Source: Enterococcus timonensis
GTDB lineage: Bacteria > Bacillota > Bacilli > Lactobacillales > Enterococcaceae
Assembly (NCBI RefSeq): GCF_900104595.1
Contig: NZ_FNVY01000002.1
Span: forward strand, 211,515-243,514
DNA: 32,000 nt
Direction: 5' to 3'
Notes under the pieces: model-generated
What the model was told of the DNA's origin: nothing
Seen by the model: only the letters and a program-made list of their open reading frames with translations
The model's database searches: none
Translations under genes and position numbers: made by a program
Shown here: positions 27,569-32,000 of the stretch, piece after piece
Position numbering within the stretch: the stretch's first letter is position 1
How the letters are laid out: each line of letters begins with the position of its first letter

Positions 27569-28558
27569 ATGGGAATTTTTGACAAAATTAAACAAGCTTT
27601 TACTGGCGAAAAAGTTGAGACCCAAACTGAAGAAAAATATGAAAAAGGCTTAGAAAAAACGCGGAAAACATTTGGCGAGCGCCTGAATGAATTATTTGCT
27701 AATTTTCGGACTGTCGATGAAGAATTTTTCGAAAACTTAGAAGAAACTTTAATCGAAGCCGATGTTGGTTTTGACAATGCGATTGCCATTACCGATAGTT
27801 TGCGCCAAGAAGTAAAATTAAAAAATGCCAAAAAAACGAGTGAAATTCAAAATGTCATTGTGGAAAAATTGGTAGCCATTTATGAAGAGGAAGGCTTAGA
27901 TGAACAAGCTGGCTTAAACATTCAAGAAAATGAATTAACCGTCATGCTATTTGTCGGCGTGAATGGTGTCGGGAAAACGACGTCCATCGGCAAACTGGCT
28001 GCTCGTTATCAGCGCCAAGGAAAAAAAGTTGTTTTAGCTGCCGCCGATACTTTTCGGGCCGGAGCCATTGATCAACTTGTTGTCTGGGGCCAGCGCGCCA
28101 ATGTGCCAGTAGTCAAGAGCCAACCTGGAGGCGATCCTGCGGCAGTGGTTTTTGATGCCGTTGTTCAAGCTAAAAAAGAAAAGGCTGATTTTTTATTAGT
28201 CGATACTGCCGGACGTTTGCAAAACAAAGTCAACTTAATGAAAGAACTAGAAAAAATTAAACGAGTCATTCAAAAAGAAATTCCCAATGCGCCCCACGAA
28301 GTATTATTAGTCATTGATGCTACGACGGGACAAAATGCTTTAGTACAAGCCCAACAATTTAAAGAAACAACCGATGTATCAGGAATTATTTTAACAAAAT
28401 TAGACGGTACCGCTAAAGGTGGAATTGTTTTAGCGATTCGTTCTAAGTTGCATTTGCCAGTGAAATTAGTTGGCTTAGGTGAAGGGATTGACGACTTGGC
28501 TGAATTTGATGCCAACGCGTTTGTTTATGGATTGTTTAAAGGACTCGTTAAAGAGTAG
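27569..28558 (+). CDS. ftsY: signal recognition particle receptor FtsY
   Basis: The 329-aa ORF has the NG domain with GVNGVGKTTSIGKLA, DTAGR and TKLDGTAKGG. It sits in the conserved position after smc. Confidence 0.96.
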   Translation: MGIFDKIKQAFTGEKVETQTEEKYEKGLEKTRKTFGERLNELFANFRTVDEEFFENLEETLIEADVGFDNAIAITDSLRQEVKLKNAKKTSEIQNVIVEKLVAIYEEEGLDEQAGLNIQENELTVMLFVGVNGVGKTTSIGKLAARYQRQGKKVVLAAADTFRAGAIDQLVVWGQRANVPVVKSQPGGDPAAVVFDAVVQAKKEKADFLLVDTAGRLQNKVNLMKELEKIKRVIQKEIPNAPHEVLLVIDATTGQNALVQAQQFKETTDVSGIILTKLDGTAKGGIVLAIRSKLHLPVKLVGLGEGIDDLAEFDANAFVYGLFKGLVKE

Positions 28559-28566
28559 GTGAAAAA

Positions 28567-29445
28567 ATGAAAAAAACCATTTATGCAGGAATGATGAATG
28601 GCTTACGCATTGATCGCTGTACACGAGACGGCGCTTATAATATGATTAAACATTGGCACCCAGAATTTGAAATTCAATATTTTATTAAAGGGCGCCGCCA
28701 TTTTTTTATTGAAGATCGTGCGTTTGCCGTGAAACCAGGCTCGCTGGTTTTAGTAAATTCTGGTCAAATCCACAATACTTATTCAGAAAAATTTATTTTT
28801 CATGATCGCGTATTACTTCTTTTTGAACAAGAAAAATTCGCCCCACAAATGAAAACTTTCGATCTTGATTTGCTCGCTTTTTTTGCTAAAAATTGGGGCG
28901 TGATTCAGATTCCGCAAGAAGATCGAGTGTATATTGAACATTTATTTGCCCGCCTCGCCCAAGAAGCAGCGGATAAAAACTTTATGTTTAAAGCAGAAGC
29001 TGACTTGTTGATGGTGGAGTTATTTATTTATTTGGCCCGCTTAAAAAATTCCGGCCAAGCTGAAACTCTAGCGCCGCAATCACAAGAAATTAATGAAGTG
29101 GTCCAACAAGTGACGCACTACATTCGGAAAAATTATGCCACAGTTGGTTCTCTAGATGAATTGGCAAAATTATTTTTTGTCGATAAATTTTATTTAAGCC
29201 GGATTTTTAAAAAAAGTACCGGCCAAACCATCACCGAGTTTACAAACATTCAAAAAATTCAGCACGCGCAAAAACTATTGGAAGATACAAATGATTCAAT
29301 TGCCCAAATTTCTCTTAAAGTCGGTTACGAAAATAAAACATATTTTGATCGGGTCTTTAAAAAATATGTCGAGACCTCGCCTGTCCGTTATCGCAAAAAA
29401 CAAAGTGCCTACAAAAAGTCATTACGAGATATTAATGATTACTAG
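28567..29445 (+). CDS. AraC-family transcriptional regulator (N-terminal cupin sensor plus C-terminal double HTH)
   Basis: The 292-aa ORF has a cupin-like N-terminus (HWHPEFEIQYFIKG...GSLVLVNSGQIHN). Its C-terminus is AraC-type (FYLSRIFKKSTGQTITEF...IAQISLKVGYENKTYFDRVFKKYVETSPVRYR). It starts 8 nt after the ftsY stop codon. Confidence 0.9.
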   Translation: MKKTIYAGMMNGLRIDRCTRDGAYNMIKHWHPEFEIQYFIKGRRHFFIEDRAFAVKPGSLVLVNSGQIHNTYSEKFIFHDRVLLLFEQEKFAPQMKTFDLDLLAFFAKNWGVIQIPQEDRVYIEHLFARLAQEAADKNFMFKAEADLLMVELFIYLARLKNSGQAETLAPQSQEINEVVQQVTHYIRKNYATVGSLDELAKLFFVDKFYLSRIFKKSTGQTITEFTNIQKIQHAQKLLEDTNDSIAQISLKVGYENKTYFDRVFKKYVETSPVRYRKKQSAYKKSLRDINDY

Positions 29446-29503
29446 TTTTCACAAATTAAATCATGCACAATCTTTTATCTTTCCCACGCTTTCAACCTAA
29501 TCT

Positions 29504-29537
29504 AAAAACACTTCGTTTTATACGGAGTGTTTTTTTA
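29504..29537 (+). terminator. rho-independent terminator after the AraC gene
   Basis: Stem ACACTTCG (29508-29515) / CGGAGTGT (29523-29530), with one G-U pair, is followed by a T7 run. Confidence 0.7.
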
Positions 29538-29749
29538 TTTTTCATATTTCACAAAAAAAGAGCAATAATCAACCAAAATCAATCAAAATCGCGCTAAATT
29601 TTTTTTGAAAAAAATTTGTTTTTTTGTTCTATAAATTTTGCTGTCTTAAATGACTTGTGCACGTGAACCTTTTAATAACAAGCGTTCTTGAAAAAAATCC
29701 TGCTATGCTTTCATCCGGAATTTTCTCATAAGGAAAGTCAATATTGGAT

Positions 29750-29769
29750 AAAATTGCACAAAATTGTTC
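29750..29769 (+). promoter_or_regulatory. tandem direct repeat AAAATTG with 10-bp period; candidate activator (AraC-type) binding site
   Basis: AAAATTGCAC and AAAATTGTTC lie at 29750-29769, about 40 bp upstream of the -35 of the binding-protein promoter. A function is inferred from position only. Confidence 0.25.
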
Positions 29770-29807
29770 ACTCCTTTGTTTAAGTGCTTTCAAGAGGTTG
29801 ACTGTTT

Positions 29808-29835
29808 TTTTTAATGAGGTATATTTAGGGTAAGC
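29808..29835 (+). promoter_or_regulatory. candidate promoter of the ABC sugar-uptake operon
   Basis: -35 TTGACT (29808-29813), a 16-nt spacer, then -10 TATATT (29830-29835), about 60 nt upstream of the ATG at 29895. Confidence 0.5.
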
Positions 29836-29894
29836 GTATGCAGATACGACGAAAAATTTGTTCAACAATTACACAAAAAGTGGAGGAAAAGCAG

Positions 29895-31250
29895 ATGAAG
29901 AAAAGTTTAGTAAAACGTCTCGCCGCTAGCGGATTAGTTTTGACTAGTATCGTAACGTTAGCAGCATGCGGTAGTGGGAACAACGGTAGTGGGGATGATA
30001 GCGCAAGTACTAAAGACACATTGCCAACTGAAGATGTCACGATTAAATTTTCTTGGTGGGGTGCTGACAATCGCCATGAAGCGATGCAAGCAGTCGTTGA
30101 TCTTTACGAAAAAGAAAATCCAAATGTTACCGTTGATGTCGAATATGGTGCATGGGATGGTTGGCAAGCTAAAATTTTGACGCAACTTTCCGGAGAAACA
30201 GAAGCTGATGTAATGCAAGTCAACTATAACTGGCTCTTCTCTTATGGAAAAGGGAAAAATGTTTTCTACGATTTAAATAAAGTATCCAAATTTTTAGATC
30301 TTGATAACTGGGATGCCAATTATTTAGAAGCAATGCAAGTTGACGGCGAACAAGCAGGTGTACCACACGGTATGACTGGTCGGGTATCATTAATTAATCA
30401 AAGCTTATACGAAGCAAACGGCTTAGAACTTCCAACAACCTATGAAGATTTAGAAGCTGCTGGTAAAGTTATCGGCGCAAACAACACGCCAACTGGTGCT
30501 GACAACCAATACGCTATTCAAAATATGGGCGAAGTTTCCAAAGATTTATTTATCGCTCAAATGCTCTTTAACGAAAATGGTAAAGTAATGCAAACAGACG
30601 GTAAAGTAAATTACACTGTTGAACAAGTTCAAAAAGTTTTAGAAGAATATAAAGCTTTAGAAGATTCCGGTGCTATGCCAACATTTGAACAAGATCCTTC
30701 AGTTGAAACAAATGCCAATCCTCAATGGACCGGCGGACAAATTGGTGGTATTTACGAATGGGCAAACTCTTTAGCTCAATGGGCTGGTTCATATAAAGAA
30801 GGCCAAGCTGAAGATGAATTAACAGTTGCACCTTACTTACAAACAACTGCAGATCAAAAACCTAACATTTATGTAAAACCAAACTTTGGTTATGCTATTT
30901 CTAAACATTCTAAAAACCCTGAAGTTGCTGCTGACTTCATCAACTTCTTATTCACTAATGAAGCTGCTGTTGTTGCATCTGGCGATACATTAGGAATTTC
31001 TTCCAACACTGTAACTAATGAATTACAAGTTAAAAATAATTTATTAGAAGGTGTTGTTAAAGAAGGTTACGCTATGCTTGATCAATATGACCAAACGGTA
31101 ATGGACCCTTACTTTGAAGATGAAAATGTTCGTAACGAACGTTACACAGCTGTTGAAGCTTTCCGCTCAGGAAAATCAACTGCTGAAGAAGCTGCCAAAG
31201 AATATGTTGAAAAACAACAAGCTGCTTTAGACAAATATTATTTAGAATAA
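29895..31250 (+). CDS. ABC transporter extracellular solute-binding lipoprotein (carbohydrate family 1 type)
   Basis: The ATG at 29895 is preceded by RBS GGAGG. The signal peptide with lipobox reads MKKSLVKRLAASGLVLTSIVTLAAC-GSGNN. The ORF is about 450 aa and W/Y-rich, typical of sugar-binding proteins. A MalF-type permease gene follows. Confidence 0.88.
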   Translation: MKKSLVKRLAASGLVLTSIVTLAACGSGNNGSGDDSASTKDTLPTEDVTIKFSWWGADNRHEAMQAVVDLYEKENPNVTVDVEYGAWDGWQAKILTQLSGETEADVMQVNYNWLFSYGKGKNVFYDLNKVSKFLDLDNWDANYLEAMQVDGEQAGVPHGMTGRVSLINQSLYEANGLELPTTYEDLEAAGKVIGANNTPTGADNQYAIQNMGEVSKDLFIAQMLFNENGKVMQTDGKVNYTVEQVQKVLEEYKALEDSGAMPTFEQDPSVETNANPQWTGGQIGGIYEWANSLAQWAGSYKEGQAEDELTVAPYLQTTADQKPNIYVKPNFGYAISKHSKNPEVAADFINFLFTNEAAVVASGDTLGISSNTVTNELQVKNNLLEGVVKEGYAMLDQYDQTVMDPYFEDENVRNERYTAVEAFRSGKSTAEEAAKEYVEKQQAALDKYYLE

Positions 31251-31268
31251 GCGCTAATAAAGAGGGGC

Positions 31269-31320
31269 AAAGCGGAAAAATAAATGTTGTAAAAATTTTT
31301 CCGCTTTCCAATCTTTTTTT
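31269..31320 (+). terminator. intercistronic hairpin or partial terminator between the binding-protein and permease genes
   Basis: A perfect 13-bp AT-rich stem AAAGCGGAAAAAT (31269-31281) / ATTTTTCCGCTTT (31295-31307) is present. A T7 run follows after a 6-nt gap. Confidence 0.5.
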
Positions 31321-31375
31321 GATACGTGATACATATCAAAGAAATGTGTAGTTTTAAAAGAGGGGACGAACCACG

Positions 31376-32000
31376 ATGTCGAAAGGACAAACAAAAAAAC
31401 ATACCCGGAAAATGAATTGGCTAGTTTTAGTCATGTTACTTCCGTGGTTAATTGGCTTTATTGTGTTTAAAGTCTATCCAATCATTGCTTCATTTATTTA
31501 TTCATTACAAGAATACCCAATCTTAGGTGAACCAGAATTTGTTGGTTTTCAAAACTATCTCGACATTTTCACCACCGATGATACGTTCCGGGCTTCGATT
31601 GTAGCCACTTTAAAATACGTGTTAATCGGAACGCCAGCAGTTATTATTGTGGCCTTCATCGTAGCGGCTATTTTAAATTTCAAACTAAAAGGCGTAAACT
31701 TTTTCCGGACGGCTTATTATATTCCGTCGATTCTCGGAGGTAACGTTGCGGTCTCGATTTTATGGACGATGCTTTTTGATGTCAACGGACCAGTCAATAC
31801 GGTTTTAAGTATTTTTAATTTTGGTGGCGATGTGGCTATTAACTGGACCAAGAATCCAACATTTGCCGTGTTCACTTTAATTATTTTGAAGACTTGGCAA
31901 TTTGGTTCTACTATGTTGATTTTCTTATCGGCTTTACAAGGTGTTTCTAAATCCGTTTATGAAGCAGCTGAAATTGATGGCGCTGGTAAATTCCGCCAAT
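31376..32000 (+). CDS. ABC transporter permease (MalF/UgpA-like sugar permease), 5' part; runs off the right edge
   Basis: It is absent from the ORF track because it has no stop codon in the window. From the ATG at 31376 it reads MSKGQTKKHTRKMNWLVLVMLLPWLIGFIVFKVYPIIASF...FRTAYYIPSILGG...LIILKTWQFGSTMLIFLSALQGVSKSVYEAAEIDGAGKFRQ. This includes the EAA-loop motif of binding-protein-dependent permeases. Confidence 0.88.
   Translation, partial: MSKGQTKKHTRKMNWLVLVMLLPWLIGFIVFKVYPIIASFIYSLQEYPILGEPEFVGFQNYLDIFTTDDTFRASIVATLKYVLIGTPAVIIVAFIVAAILNFKLKGVNFFRTAYYIPSILGGNVAVSILWTMLFDVNGPVNTVLSIFNFGGDVAINWTKNPTFAVFTLIILKTWQFGSTMLIFLSALQGVSKSVYEAAEIDGAGKFRQ

Noticed and set aside
29655-29670. parS-like sequence TTGTGCACGTGAACCT, noticed because smc is nearby
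   Set aside because: Only about 11 of 16 positions match the Firmicute parS consensus TGTTCCACGTGAAACA, and the outer arms are not palindromic. Genuine sites are near-perfect.
29677-29690. cre-like (CcpA) element AACAAGCGTTCTTG upstream of the sugar operon
   Set aside because: The central CG and partial dyad are present. The conserved outer TG...CA positions of the cre consensus TGWAANCGNTNWCA are missing.
29629-29868. 79-aa minus-strand ORF in the AraC/ABC intergenic region
   Set aside because: It has only a TTG start with no RBS and no internal Met. It runs through the promoter of the binding-protein gene, and no family was recognised. It could be a gene remnant, but coding is unsupported.
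1-32000. Scan for CRISPR arrays, tRNA/rRNA genes, IS elements with terminal inverted repeats, and integrase or phage genes
   Set aside because: None was seen by eye. Intergenic gaps are short (at most 450 nt) and are accounted for by promoters and terminators. A computational scan (tRNAscan-SE, Infernal/Rfam, ISfinder BLAST) would be needed to exclude small ncRNAs.

Overview
The window looks like a low-GC Firmicute chromosome of the Lactobacillales type, possibly Enterococcaceae-like. This placement is inferred from gene content and synteny only. Nearly all of it is conserved housekeeping DNA on the + strand. It opens with a divergent mevalonate pair: a partial thiolase on the - strand and mvaS. 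The long block that follows is syntenic with the Bacillus subtilis ylo-smc-ftsY region: gmk-rpoZ, priA-def-fmt-rsmB-prpC-prkC, rsgA-rpe-thiN, rpmB (- strand), asp23-fakA, recG, plsX-acpP, rnc-smc-cof-ftsY. It ends with an AraC-family regulator and the start of a sugar ABC importer (lipoprotein binding protein plus a partial permease). I found no rRNA, tRNA, CRISPR array, IS element or prophage signature by eye. Only two stretches are not core. The first is a ~2.8 kb islet (2.2-5.0 kb) between mvaS and gmk. It holds two small orphan genes and a three-domain patatin-like lipase whose 3' end overlaps a PC4/YdbC-type ssDNA-binding gene. That pair is the best candidate for an undescribed functional module here, but the link is inferred from gene arrangement only. 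The second is the AraC/ABC sugar module, joined directly to ftsY with no terminator between them. Smaller oddities are a def copy with variant catalytic motifs, a short tandem repeat encoding the Ser/Thr-rich tail of PrkC, and a few candidate operators and leader hairpins. ORF-track starts were refined where an RBS plus a TTG, GTG or ATG codon gave a better-supported start.
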